Assembly (NCBI RefSeq): GCF_001194135.2
Contig: NC_068988.1
Span: forward strand, 69,560,590 to 69,624,589
Length of the DNA: 64,000 nt
Origin: Octopus bimaculoides
Taxonomy: Eukaryota
Direction: 5' to 3'
The translations under genes were made by a program, and so were the position numbers. The notes below the pieces were generated by a model. It saw nothing but the letters and a program-made list of their open reading frames with translations, ran no database searches and was not told where the DNA came from. Shown in pieces: positions 25,532 through 39,330 of the stretch. Numbering within the stretch: the stretch's first letter is position 1; the number at the start of each line of letters is the position of its first letter.

Positions 25532-26859
25532 TTATCTGACTAGATTATATGAGTTTATGCATTACCTATGAAGCACAACTTCAACCATTTTCTGAATTAC
25601 ATGGATTCATCAGAATACTTTCAACATTATTCTTATAACAAATTTATTCCAAATTTAGTGAATTCATGTAATTATATTTATTTTAGGTGTTAATGAATCT
25701 AAGCAAGATAAAGTACATAGAATTTCAGGTAACATGCATGGTTTGCTCGGACATTTTTATTACATTAGTCAACTCTGTAAAAACAAAAACTGAGCATGGA
25801 TTTCACATTCTATTGTAATTAACCAACAGGGTGGAAGTGGCAAGTGAAGGAAGTCACTGAATAATGTATACCATTTACTAAATTGTTCATTTTAAAGAAA
25901 GAAAATAAAACCCAGAAAAGTGAGAATGATTTTAATCTTTATTTTTCATAAACCTAATGTAATTTGGTAAAAGAATTCTAAGATGTGAGGATAACTCCTA
26001 CATTTAAAGAAAATGGTATTCTAATTATTGCAGGTAGGCAAGTAAGGATGGTTGAGAATCAGTTCCTAGAGCAAAATTATTGATATAATTGTGTAACTTA
26101 TAATCTGAACAGATCTGAAGATTTTATAAAAATCTCTAATGGATCTGGAAGCAACACGTGCTGAGCTGTTTCTTTGTCATATAATATATATTAATAATAT
26201 TCTCCCTCAACATTTTTTTTTTCTCCAGCATTGCATTCAATCCACCCCAGGTATATTTTATGTATTAGAGTATCTTTTTTTACATACTTTTAACATTTCT
26301 TCTAGCTGTCAGCTTGTATTTATTTATCTTGAAAATATGAAATGCGGATGGAAAAAAACAGTGTTTAACAAATGACTTGTCATGCAAAGGTGATAGAAAA
26401 CTTTTTATTTTATTAAGATCTCACCTCTGTTAAGTGTGAGTGCCACCTTTAATAGAATATTGCTGTAATATAATGGCAGGAATATATTTGAATAAGAGTT
26501 GCTGCCGGCATTATCAGTAGGCTGCCAGTCTAAACTTAATGGTGATGGTTTGCACCATATCCATAGAGTTGTAGTCACAGAGTGGATACTGTACTAGACT
26601 ACTTAAATGTTTATTGTGAGTTCAAGTCAGTTCAAGGTTTGTTTTTTTGTTTTTGCTTTTTTATACAGTTCACATAAATTTATATAACGATTGATGAATA
26701 TATAGCAGTCACCAGTATTTTTATTACACATTTTATCGTACTTATAAAATCTAACAAAAATTTAACTATGTAATTTCTTTATGGAAATCTCAACAAATCC
26801 TAAACAGACTCAATTTTAACGTCACCAACCCATATATTCCTTTTTCTAGCTTGCTACAT

Positions 26860-27200
26860 AAATTCTGACCCAGTACTCTTCTCAATCACCACATTACTCA
26901 GAAACTTGCTCAATGGTTTTATCAACAGAAGGAACCTCACCTCTACCATCTTAACAACCACCAACATCAGTAAAACAGTTGGCTCCATTCCACACAATAT
27001 TATTGTAATGCAGATGCTCAACATGTCTTTAAGAAACAACAAAAAATGTTGTACTGTAAACTAATAACCAAGCCATTCAATCTATATAGGAATAAAAACC
27101 AGAATCTTTATTATTCTCAACAGTGTTGCATGTGGACATGTTCTTTCAACCAACTCTTTTAAATTTATATTTATGAAAGCTGTCCAAACCTCTATAAAAC
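26860..27200 (+). mobile_element. Ancient CR1/L2-type RT remnant
   Basis: The frame reads NGFINRRN..NISKTVGSIPHNII (compare HGF..R..DFSKAFD.VPH), followed by a degraded PQGSVLGP.LF-like segment. Confidence 0.35.
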
Positions 27201-27729
27201 ATACACATAATCTCAGAATGAGACGGCTCCACTGTCATATTGCATAAACTTTCTCATGCAGTTACTCAACTTCTTCAAGCCTGCATCAATTCCTTACATT
27301 CTTGGGTCCAAACAAATAAGCTAGAATCAAACTCAATAAAATCCCCCATCTTATTCTTTATCAACATCTTTAAAAATAACAAATACAACTAACCATCACA
27401 CTCAACAACAAAAGAGGAAAAGAGGAAGAATACTAAAGAATTATGTGATGTATCTCCTCAATCTACCTTTTCTACAGATACTACTCTGCCCCTCCCAGAC
27501 AGTGAATGGAATATACTATTCACCCAGGGTACTTAGCATCTCCTCTCATCCTCAAACTGTAGTGCCTCAACCACCAGTAAACAGTGCTGCACACACTGAC
27601 CAAATAATCTCTCTCTCCAACCCATATTTAAAACTCAATGGGATTCCAGCTCTCTGCTTTCATTTCTCAAGAGATATCAACATATCTGTTTTAATTAAAC
27701 AGAAGTTCACATACCTATGTTTAGTTTAA

Positions 27730-27970
27730 CTTTTTATCTGCAGAATTAAATTTCATGGTTATTCCAGTAATGATGTTACATATCTATCAAAAAATAGAAT
27801 TGATATTTTCTGCACATTACATTTCCTCCATAAACTTAGTATATCTCAACAAAAAATGGTTTCCAACACAACAGTCCTCAACAAGAGATAAATTGGTATA
27901 TAAAACTGATTTCTACAGTTAAGGGCAATTAAATTTCAAGTGGACATATCTGATTTCTGCAATGAAAGGG
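27730..27970. mobile_element. piggyBac-like MITE (second family)
   Basis: TTAA|CTTTTTATCTGCAGAA ... TTCTGCAATGAAAGGG|TTAA, with imperfect terminal inverted repeats. Confidence 0.6.
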
Positions 27971-28304
27971 TTAAACAAAGTACGCAACCTTTTTAGAGAA
28001 GCTTTCTGAAAAATATACATTATACTCATTAATGATAATCTAATCAGGTGTAATGAGATTTAACAAAATTTCCAATCCTCCCATGGATAGGGGCCCATGG
28101 TGAATATAGATTCACTAGTGCTTTGTATACACAACGTCCCTTACAAGTCATCAAAAATGAAATAATGAAGTTAAACTTACTCCACCTTCATATCAGTAGT
28201 TAGGAATCTTCATGAGAAGACATTGGTGCTGCCCCCTTCTACTATTGTTTCTATCCTTTCCCATCTAATCCTCTACAGCAAACAGATTAATAAAAACACA
28301 CACA

Positions 28305-28362
28305 CAGCAGCAGCAGCAGCAGTGGCGGAGCGGCGGCGGTTGCAGTGGCGGTGGTGGTGGCG

Positions 28363-28431
<69 letters not shown>

Positions 28432-28432
28432 T
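28305..28432. repeat. Compound trinucleotide tract (CAG)(CGG)(TGG)(TAG)n
   Basis: Directly visible; it is the source of the poly-L, poly-T and poly-P ORF artefacts. Confidence 0.95.
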
Positions 28433-28544
28433 GGTATTGATGTTTCTCATCACCTGGCATAAAGCCACCTCCCTCTAATATGCAGCCCTCCAGTGTGTAT
28501 TGTTGTAGGGTCTTGTCACACCTGTAATACTGTGGCTTCGTTGG

Positions 28545-28722
28545 CGCTGGTGCCAAGTGAAAAAACACTTGGTACACTCTGTAAAGTGGTTGGCATTAGA
28601 AAGGTCATCCAACAATAGAAACCATTCCAAAGCAGACATTGGAGCTTGATGCTGTCCTCAGGATTACATGTTTGTGTCAAACCATCTAAACCATGCCAAC
28701 ATGAAAAATGGATATTGATGAT
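28545..28722 (+). mobile_element. Old RTE 3' fragment
   Basis: Degraded GTAAAGTGGTTGGCATTAGAAAGG..CCATGCCAACATGAAAAATGGA..GATGATGA. Confidence 0.6.
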
Positions 28723-30106
28723 GAGATGCACATACACACAGGTAGAGTTTTGTGCAATCTATTAAGTAAAAACTAGAAACGACATAAATCGAATAACATG
28801 CACCTGATACCACAACTGCAATATCTAAATTCAATGTTAGTTTGTGAAATATCTCTTGGAATGTAGCAACAGAATATCATCACTACATTAACTAAACTAA
28901 TATAAATAATACAGGTATCTTCTTAATGTCCTGTTATCATATTCCACATATTGTTATTATACTCAATAATAAGATTTACTGAAATTATCATCTGCCAGAA
29001 CACTGAATGATACTTCTAAGCTATTTTATCATTTCCTCACTTTTTATAATCAGCAAAACGATATTTTTTCAAACCTGTGATTCTTTTATTTAGTAACAGT
29101 TACTTCTCTATGTCACTATATTTAGACAAGTAGCTAGTTATCTAATGCTTCTATCAAAGGGAAATAATGAGCAGGATGTAAAGGAAAACCATTTTATAAG
29201 GAGGAAAAAAAAATCTGTTTATTTCTGCGGTACTGAATATAATTTTTTGTTGTGGTTTGAAACTCTTGAAATATATTTTCTTTGAAAAAAATTTTATTGT
29301 TTTCATCATGCAGATATGGTTTATATATGTGTGTATGTCTATGTAGTGTGTATGTATGTATGCATAAATATTTTAGTGTAAATATGTACATGTATTTTGC
29401 ATGTGTGTTCAACAATGGGATAAATGGAAAGTTGAATGAATGAGAAGAATACTCTTTCATTTTTGATTCATCATCTGTTTATTGTTAAAAGCATGTATTT
29501 ACCACAACAGTCCAGCAGAAAAAAACAACAGGATAATATCAGAAAATTTTGTTCATAGTAATGACTTGGTTGGATAGTTTCTGTGGTTGTGTAGATAAGA
29601 GATATTGAGAGAGAAGGAGAGAGAAAGAGTGAGTAAATGAATATGAGCATCAGCTGCCTTTCTATAACCCTATGCTGGTAGGATCTCTGTCACTTCATTT
29701 TGCAAACTTTTTATATTTGGCAGTTTTGTCCATTCACATCAACAGATTGTGAATAGTATCTGGGGTGAATACATGACTGCATTCTTCTGCTCTCTCTCTT
29801 ATGTGAATTTTACCTTTCTATTTGTTGTTTATTCTTATTTGTGACTGTCTGTCTGTCATTTATTTGCATCTTTTGTGCTCTCAATTTGCATATTTAAATC
29901 TAAAAATCTTTTCTTTTTTAATACACTCTAGAACAAATCTGATTAGACACATCTGTAGAGACATCATCACTTGAAAACCTAAGAAATGTTTACAAAATAT
30001 GTTACTGGCCAGGTTTTTATTAACATCATTACTCAATTTGCCTAAACTCTGGATATTGTTACAAAAAATGTTTGATAGCAAGCACCATGTCCACTTTATA
30101 TATATG

Positions 30107-30150
<44 letters not shown>

Positions 30151-30152
<2 letters not shown>

Positions 30153-30378
30153 AGGTTGGCCAAAAGTCACCCGACAGTATATCAAAATTCCATAAATACT
30201 ATCTGTAATTCTGTATTGACTTGAATGGAAAAATGTGCCACTGAAGAAGGACTTCCGTTTGAACAATTTTCGTGATGTTTCATATTTAGATGCTTTTATT
30301 AAATTATGTTGTTAAACATAAATAAACCTTGGAAATAATTGGGTTTTGATTTACTGTCAGGTGACTTTTGGTCAACTC
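30151..30378. mobile_element. Tc1/mariner-type MITE
   Basis: TIR of about 28 bp, AAGGTTGGCCAAAAGTCACCCGACAGTA versus the reverse of TACTGTCAGGTGACTTTTGGTCAACTC; in a TA/CA context. Confidence 0.75.
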
Positions 30379-30475
30379 TAGAAATATGATAGGCTACCAC
30401 ACAATAGCACTGAACCTGAAACCACATGATTGCAAAGAAAGTTTCTTAAGCACTCAGCCATGCCTGCACGTACAG

Positions 30476-30506
<31 letters not shown>

Positions 30507-30612
30507 TCTATACAATACATACACTTTTCTGTCTCTTACAAGTAAGTGAGATGATTATATCAGGCACTCTAACCACTAGGCTACATGTGAATGCAAGTAT
30601 ATCTGTGCATAT

Positions 30613-30668
<56 letters not shown>

Positions 30669-31269
30669 ACACTCACACAGAGGATACAACATCGACAATT
30701 TATTGTATCTATTAAAGTTGAGATCCATCAATCAACTTCTTTGCAAACGTAGCCCATGTGGAAGTGTTCTGATGTTTCTAATAAAACTTTTATTCATTTG
30801 CCTATGTTTTCCAATAAACCTCTGCAGAACTATCCTCATTTTTTATTTCTTATTGTATTTTTCAAATTGCAAAGACTGTTTATGGACACCCAGTATATAT
30901 TCCTGTATATATCATCATCAACATTATTCAAATGTCTTCAATTCCATGCTTGCATAAGCCAAATGAGACTACAATGCTGCAGAATATTCTATGACTGGAT
31001 ACTCTTCCTGACAGTAACCCCAGATGCGATTATGCAGGAAACTAGAAACAAATAGCACAATATTAAATGAGCGTATTTTTTTACGAAGATCACATACCAT
31101 TCCCAGACATAAGGACAAGAGAAAGAGAAAATCATTCACACAAACACACACATGCACAAAGAGTGCACCTGAACATTATATACAATATGTTCATTATTAT
31201 ATACACACACTCATTGTATGTATCTCTCTGTGCGTACGGGCATGTGTGTGTGTGTGTGTTAACTTTTTG

Positions 31270-31675
31270 GCTCCTTTACTTGTTTCAGTCATTAGACTGC
31301 AGCCATACTGGAATACTGCCTTGAAAAATTTTAGCCAAACAATTTGGTTGCAATAGTTAATTTTATTTTTATTTCTTACACTTGATATTTATGTTATCAT
31401 TCTCTTTACCAAAGTTCTAAGTTATGGAGACATAAACACACCAACAGCGGTTTTCATCTAGTGGTGGGAGACAAACACAGAAACAAATACACACACACAT
31501 ACACACACACATACATTTCTTCTTTCAGTTTCTGTCCACCGAATCCATTGATTAGTCTTTCATTGACCCAAGGCTATAATAGGAGACACTTGCCCAAGGT
31601 CCCACAAAGTGGAACTGAACCTGGAACCATGTGGTTGAGAAGCAAACAACTTCCCACACAGCCACACCAATGCCT
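31270..31675 (-). mobile_element. SINE family B, full-length decayed copy
   Basis: Same head, body and tail order as 14745-15150. Confidence 0.75.
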
Positions 31676-32607
31676 ATATATATATANNNNNNNNNNNNNN
31701 NNNNNNNNNNNNNNNNNNNNNNNNNNNNNNNNNNNNNNNNNNNNNNNNNNNNNNNNNNNNNNNNNNNNNNNNNNNNNNNNNNNNNNNNNNNNNNNNNNNN
31801 NNNNNNNNNNNNNNNNNNNNNNNNNNNNNNNNNNNNNNNNNNNNNNNNNNNNNNNNNNNNNNNNNNNNNNNNNNNNNNNNNNNNNNNNNNNNNNNNNNNN
31901 NNNNNNNNNNNNNNNNNNNNNNNNNNNNNNNNNNNNNNNNNNNNNNNNNNNNNNNNNNNNNNNNNNNNNNNNNNNNNNNNNNNNNNNNNNNNNNNNNNNN
32001 NNNNNNNNNNNNNNNNNNNNNNNNNNNNNNNNNNNNNNNNNNNNNNNNNNNNNNATACACACACACACAGACAGACAGAGGGATGGATTGACGAACAGAT
32101 AGATATACAGACAGGTACATATATAAACACACACATACATACACACACACAACAGGTCTCTTTCAGTCAGCAAATTCACTCAGCAAATGGCTCAGTGCAA
32201 TGGTAGCAGGCACTTATCCAAGGTGTAGTACAGTAGAACTGAACTTGTAACCAGATGGTTGGAAAGTGACCCCATTATGAGCTATGAATTATATAGGTGG
32301 ACAACAGAATTGGTTGAGTATCAAGCAATATAAATTATAGAATGCTGGTTATATTCCATGTTCAGACTTCAAGTAGTTTAATTTTACTTTGCATCCTATG
32401 GAAGGCAATAAAGCAAGTAGCAATCATGTATTTTAAATGCGAAGATCAATATAACTAGTTATTCTTTCTTGAAGGCATGTCCCAGTGAATGAAACCAATA
32501 AAAGAAAAAAAAGGCAAAGTCTTATGCTAATAATTCATTTAAGTAACGGTTTAACCTAAAGTATAAATGCATACATAATTATGCACATCCATACATACAT
32601 ATTTGCA

Positions 32608-32617
32608 TACACATAAG

Positions 32618-32663
<46 letters not shown>

Positions 32664-32699
32664 CAGATGGCTGGACACACAGATAAATAGATGGTTGGT

Positions 32700-32735
<36 letters not shown>

Positions 32736-32885
32736 CAGATGGCTGGACACACAGATAAATAGATGGTTGGTTAGATAGGTAAATAGACAGACAGACTGAT
32801 AAACAGACAGACAGACAGATAGATAAATTGAGGGAGAGAGAGACAGACAGACCAGCAGGCTGCATAGATAGACAAATAAAGAGAT
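32608..32885. repeat. (ATAG)n/(ACAG)n tract with a duplicated higher-order unit
   Basis: AGACAGATGGCTGGACACACAGATAAATAGATGGTTGGTTAGATAG occurs twice. Confidence 0.9.
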
Positions 32886-33381
32886 AGATAGCTATATACT
32901 TCAATGTTTAGTTACATATACATATATATATTTATGTCTCCTTATATAATGAAATAAATGACACCTAATTTGAGTATTATTTGACTAGAATTTTAATGGT
33001 GTTATTTGACTAGAATTTCAATGGTGCTATTTGACTAGAGTTTCAATGCTTTAATCTTGTTACAGATAATGTAGGCCTTTTATTTAAATAATTTTGTATA
33101 CAAAAGTGAAGTGTTAAGCTAGGCACCCAATTTTCAAAAGATGTCAATGAAATGTAAAGAAAAATAATTTTGGAAAAATTATATATAGGAAAATGTTTTA
33201 TAACACAATTGATATATTCTGGCACAAACATGGCTGTGTGGTGAAGATAGTTACTTTGCAAACATATTGTTCAGAGTGCAGACCCATTGCTCAGCACCTT
33301 GTAAATATGTTTTCTAATGTAGCCCCAAATCAACCCAATACTTTGTGAGAGTATTTGATTCACAGAAACTGTCAGTAAGCT

Positions 33382-33422
<41 letters not shown>

Positions 33423-33470
33423 NNNNNNNNNNNNNNNNNNNNNNNNNNNNNNNNNNNNNNNNNNNNNNNN

Positions 33471-33533
<63 letters not shown>

Positions 33534-35554
33534 TATACATATGTGAGAGTACATGCATGCATGTGTGTGTATGTGTATGTGCTTCCGTGTAAGTAACAAG
33601 GCAGATAAACACAAGTAGGGTGATCTGCCAGAGTTGGTTTGTATCTGTTTTATTTAGTATCTACTTATCTGACTGCTGGTGGCTTTCTTGTTATTATCTA
33701 CACTTGGGTAGAAAATCCTGTTACTTTCCCACTATTGTAATAGACCTCATCTCTCCTTCCTCTGGTTTTCATCACTCTATTCTCTGTAAAACCTTTATAT
33801 TTGTAAACATTACTATGAAATATACATTTTTACCATATTCTTTAAATGAAGGTGACTTGGCTTTGCCTGAAGGATCCATACAGAAACACACACAAAAATG
33901 CAAATATTTCCTATACTTCCCACATTCTATAATTTATTTCACTTTTCATTTTACTTTTTGTCTCTCGTTGTAATATAGCTAATTAACAAATTTGTAAGTT
34001 AAATCATGCTGAAGATTCCTAAAAAAAAATTGACAAAATAGTCCTAAACATGATTACCACTAACAGGAAGTTGTAAGAACTTTGCCATAAAATTTAAGTT
34101 ATATATCTACAATCCAAATACCTCGTCTTTGCCAGGCAATTTTATAATAGAATGTCTTGTATAAATTTTTGTTTATTCCATATCAGACCATCCCTTCCTT
34201 GAAAGATAAACCTCTTGATCAGGACAGATTTGTGCAATTTTTCACAAAAAACTTTGTTGAGGATTTTTTTCCTTTTAAAACTATTTACATGTCTGTTCGA
34301 CCATTCCACATGACTTATTTATTAAAATTTATTGAAATTCTGAAGCTCTAACAACTTTGGTTGTCCTAATGTTTTGCTTTTGTTTGTTTAATAAAAATTT
34401 CTCTCGTAATGATTTTGCTTTCATTTTGTGATAGATAACTATCATACAGAAAATGCCAGCTTCCAAATCTTGTTTTCTGATTAGGTAAAACTGATTAAAC
34501 TTTAAACCTCAGTAACATTTTTCTGCAATTTTTCTGGGACAAATAAATAACAAAATCAGATTTAACGGGGAAAATTATTTCAATATACTAAATTTTAAAA
34601 TTTAACAATATGTGACAGCAACAGGGAAGACCTGACAAAAATAGAGGGACAGACAGTTATAGGACGTCACACACACACACACAAACATACATTTACAAAT
34701 GTACACACAGGTAATCACGGGTTTAAAATGGTGTATAGCAGACATATGTATGTACGTATGTGTATATATAATGTATGTATGTGTGTGTGTAGCTGTGTGT
34801 GAATATTTCTTTGCAATGGGCAGTAGAAAAGCCACCTACCCCCTCTTTCCTTAAAGATGCATATTCCTCACACCCACCTTTCTTTTCCTCAGTATTTCAA
34901 AAGTTACTCATGACAGCTGCATTAACATAACACCCCATTACCATTCAATATTTGTCACACAATGCTATTTTCCCCTTCCCTGATATCAGCCACACTCATT
35001 ATGCCACCACATTTCTGTTATGCTAGCAGTCATTGCACCCTTCTCTTTTTATCAAATAAAATCTTTGTAGGGCTGGTTTAGGGAGGAGGATGGTGTAGTG
35101 ACTATAGCAGACTGACCTGTACTGATAAACTGACACATTAGTCTTTACCAAACCATTTTTATTAATAGAGATATATGTCAACACTTCATATCCTTGATTT
35201 CAAGTTTCTAATCCCACTTCCCATTGTCACCTCCTTTTGTATTAACCAATATCCAGAGTACCACACATGTTTGAAGAACCATTTTTATAGCTTCATAAAA
35301 ATCCATTTTAACATCTGGTATTAGAGCACATTAGTTTATGAATGGAGGCCCATTTGACTACACAATGACTATAGAAGATAACAGCTAGAAAAGATATCTA
35401 CACCTAAGTAAGTATTATGAAGGCTTGCAAAACCGTTTGTAACTAATGTTGTAAATATTAACTACCCTAGAACACTTTCACAAGTTAGAAAGTTTCCTGG
35501 AGACTGCTACTACTCAACACTTAATCACTATAAATATTTTCTTAAACTTACAAT

Positions 35555-35938
35555 TAGTTGGCACTCCATCGCTTACGACGTCGAGGGTTCCAGTTGATCC
35601 GATCAATGGAAGAGCCTGCTCGTGAAATTAACATGCAAGTGGCTGAGCACTCCACAGACACGTGTACCCTTAATGTAGTTCTCAGGGAGATTCAGCGTGA
35701 CACAGTGTGACAAGGCTGACCCTTTGAATTACAGGTACAGCAGAAATAGGAAGAAAGAGTGAGAGAAAGTTGTGGTGAAAGAATACAGCAGGGTTCTCCA
35801 CCATCCCCTGCTGGAGCCTCATGGAGCTTTAGGTGTTTTCGCTCAATAAACACTCACAACGCCCTGTCTAGGAATCGAAACCGCGATCCTATAACCACGA
35901 GTCTGCTGCCCTAACCACTAGTCCATTGCGCCTCCATG
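35555..35938 (-). mobile_element. tRNA-derived SINE family A
   Basis: Reverse complement of 38795-39177; 12-bp TSD TAAACTTACAAT (35543-54 / 35939-50). Confidence 0.9.
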
Positions 35939-36148
35939 TAAACTTACAATATTCTATGAAGAAGATTTTAAATTTCTATGAGCTTCTTCCAGTTTATGAT
36001 TAATTTCATCTTTAATTTTATTCTAATACCTCTCTTTGCTATACATCTTATATGAATAAGGTTAAATCATGCTGATGATTCTTAAAAAGGATGAAATTTT
36101 ACTTTATATGGTTACTACGAGCAGGAAATTGCAAGAACTTCACAATTG

Positions 36149-36194
<46 letters not shown>

Positions 36195-36726
36195 TAATAA
36201 TAATAATAAAGAATTTAAGTTAAATTATATTTACACCTGTGAACTCTGTATCCTTTTATAGTCCTTGATTTCAAATTCAAATTCCTATTTCCACCTGACA
36301 TTGTAAGGAGATAGCTACCTCTCATTATATTAACAGCCATTGTAAAATGTCTAAGGAATAAGTCACATGTTATATTATGCTCACAATTTCTAAAACAATG
36401 AACTAGTTCTATATACAATGACCAGTGACTTGAAAATGGATGAAATTTGTAATAAGTAAACAAAACAAAAAAAAAATTAGTATGTGAATCCTGTACACAT
36501 TTTTCCATTTCATTCTCACATTTTAAATTCAAATTTTATACCCTGCCTTGCTTTTGAGGAAATAATTATCTCCCTTATTTTATCTGCTATCACTAGAGTG
36601 AAACTTATGTGTGTGTGTCTGCATGTGTGTGTGTGTGTGTGTGTGCATGTGCATGTATGTGTATGTGCCTATTCCATCTCCTATTTTATTAATGCAGTTA
36701 GTATATATACACATATATACACACAT

Positions 36727-36763
<37 letters not shown>

Positions 36764-37014
36764 CACACACACACACATGTATGTATGTTTATATACATGT
36801 ATATCAACATATATCCTCATATACATATATATCAGTTTTGATCAAGAAAAAGAAGAAAAGTGCACTTGATGCATTTAGTTAAGTTTATCACTTAAAATAT
36901 CTGTCTGTGTGTCACTGAGGAAGATAGAAATCAAAATATCAGTAATTCATTATTTTATTTCCTGTCTTCTTCCTTAAATATGTATACATATATGCATACA
37001 TATATATATGCATA

Positions 37015-37075
37015 ATACATACATACATACATACATACATACATGCATACATACATACATACATACATACATACA

Positions 37076-37152
<77 letters not shown>
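37015..37152. repeat. (TACA)n(TA)n microsatellite
   Basis: Directly visible. Confidence 0.95.
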
Positions 37153-37155
<3 letters not shown>

Positions 37156-37766
37156 CAACATGCACACACATTGTGAAGTAGATAGGTACATCAATAATAC
37201 ATTGAACATGTGTTTGACTTTATGTTTACAAATAATAATAATAATGATAATAATGATAATAATAATAACAACAACAACAGCAACAATAATGGCATAATAT
37301 ATAATATAAATAAGAAGTGAGTGTAGAAAAATATTTAAAAAATCTGAATAAATATTTAATTTTCCTTGGCCGACTAGAAAGCAGTTGGAAATAGACATTC
37401 TTTTTGATTAGTAGACATAGATTCTAGAAGGTTTGTGGAACCATTCTAATGGATCTTCCATTAATATTTCTTAGCTTTTCTATTCTTTATATTTTATGGA
37501 ACAAAAAAAATAAAATAAAAAAGATTAAGAAAAATATTAATGCAGAACCTTAGGATTGGATAGCTGCAGTGTTTCAAAAAAAAAAAAAAAAAAAAAAAAA
37601 AGATTTCTAAAACATGTTGCAAGTATTGACTTCATTATTATTATCATCAATTTTTTTCTCTTTTGCTCTCTACCATTTTTCTGTGGATTTTTTGCAGGAC
37701 TGGCAATGCACAATGTGTGTGTGTGCATGTATCTCTATACATATATACATATGCCTGTGTGCATAC

Positions 37767-37798
<32 letters not shown>

Positions 37799-37799
37799 G

Positions 37800-37848
<49 letters not shown>

Positions 37849-38714
37849 NNNNNNNNNNNNNNNNNNNNNNNNNNNNNNNNNNNNNNNNNNNNNNNNNNNN
37901 NNNNNNNNNNNNNNNNNNNNNNNNNNNNNNNNNNNNNNNNNNNNNNNNNNNNNNNNNNNNNNNNNNNNNNNNNNNNNNNNNNNNNNNNNNNNNNNNNNNN
38001 NNNNNNNNNNNNNNNNNNNNNNNNNNNNNNNNNNNNNNNNNNNNNNNNNNNNNNNNNNNNNNNNNNNNNNNNNNNNNNNNNNNNNNNNNNNNNNNNNNNN
38101 NNNNNNNNNNNNNNNNNNNNNNNNNNNNNNNNNNNNNNNNNNNNNNNNNNNNNNNNNNNNNNNNNNNNNNNNNNNNNNNNNNNNNNNNNNNNNATATATT
38201 ATGTATGTTTGCATATAAGTAGCATGAAAAAGCAAGAGGAGAATGAATGAAACAAACACACACACACACACATACACGTGTATCTGTATGTGTTTAATGC
38301 AGATATCTTGTAGAAATGTTTTGTTGTTCATTACACACTTTTTTTGTTGCTTTTTTGTTGTTTTTTTTTTGTTGAGTAAAATATGTACATTAGGTGAATT
38401 ATGAGAAATCCCATGAACTCTGCTACAAGAGTCAGTAGATATATTTTAAGTGTATGCAGATAAATCTTAGGTAGTGTGGTATTTATATCACAAGGATTTA
38501 GATTTACTCTTTACCTGTAAGGAAATAAAATATGCACATCACGTGGGAAGAGGACAAGAAAAATGAGAATTCAAAAAATGTGCTACACATTTGATGATGT
38601 ATAGCATTCAATGTATGATGCATTGTTTTTGTGTTTAGTGAAGTGTTGGCATCACAGGCCTTATCGGCAGTAACACAAATATATACTAGGAAGTTGTAAT
38701 GATTAATATTTCAA

Positions 38715-39330
38715 TTAAGTTTTTAGTATTTAAACTGGCCACATCCAGCCAAAATATTCTACTTGTTTTATGTTCGAAGTGTCCAGATCTGGCCATGGAG
38801 GTGCAATGGCCCAGTGGTTAGGGCAGCAGACTCGCGGTCATAGGATCGTGGTTTCGATTCCCAGACCGGGCGTTTTGAGTGTTTATTGAGCGGAAACACC
38901 TAAAGCTCCACGAGGCTCCGGTAGGGGATGGTGGCAAACTCTGCTGTACTCTTTCACCACAACTTTCTCTCACTCTTACTTCCTGTTTCTGTTGTGCCTG
39001 TAATTCAAAGGGTCAGCCTTGTCACACTGTGTCATGCTGAATATCCCCGAGAACTATGTTAAGGGTACACGTGTCAGAGGAGTGCTCAGCCACTTGCACG
39101 TTAATTTCACGAGCAGGCTGTTCTGTTGATCGGATCAACTGGAACCCTCGACCTCGTAAGCGACGGAGTGCCAACAACCAGATCTGGCCTCTCACACTTA
39201 CCCTACAATGTTGTTAAAATAATAAGCAATCACATTGTTGAAATTTACTGATAATACGTAATTAATTCCAAACAACGTGAATAATTTAGTGTTGTATTTG
39301 ACAGAGTAATCTGAATACTAAAGACTTACA
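38715..39330. mobile_element. piggyBac-like MITE interrupted by SINE A
   Basis: The flanks rejoin at CCAGATCTGGCC and match the 15853-16066 / 61983-62206 family. Confidence 0.6.
38795..39177 (+). mobile_element. tRNA-derived SINE family A
   Basis: A box TGGCCCAGTGG, B box GGTTTCGATTCCC, tail ..GGAGTGCCAACAA; 12-bp TSD CCAGATCTGGCC (38783-94 / 39178-89). Confidence 0.92.

Noticed and set aside
32975-33050. Three 25-bp tandem units (TTATTTGACTAGAATTTTAATGGTG)
   Set aside because: A real but ordinary local slippage duplication with no further structure.
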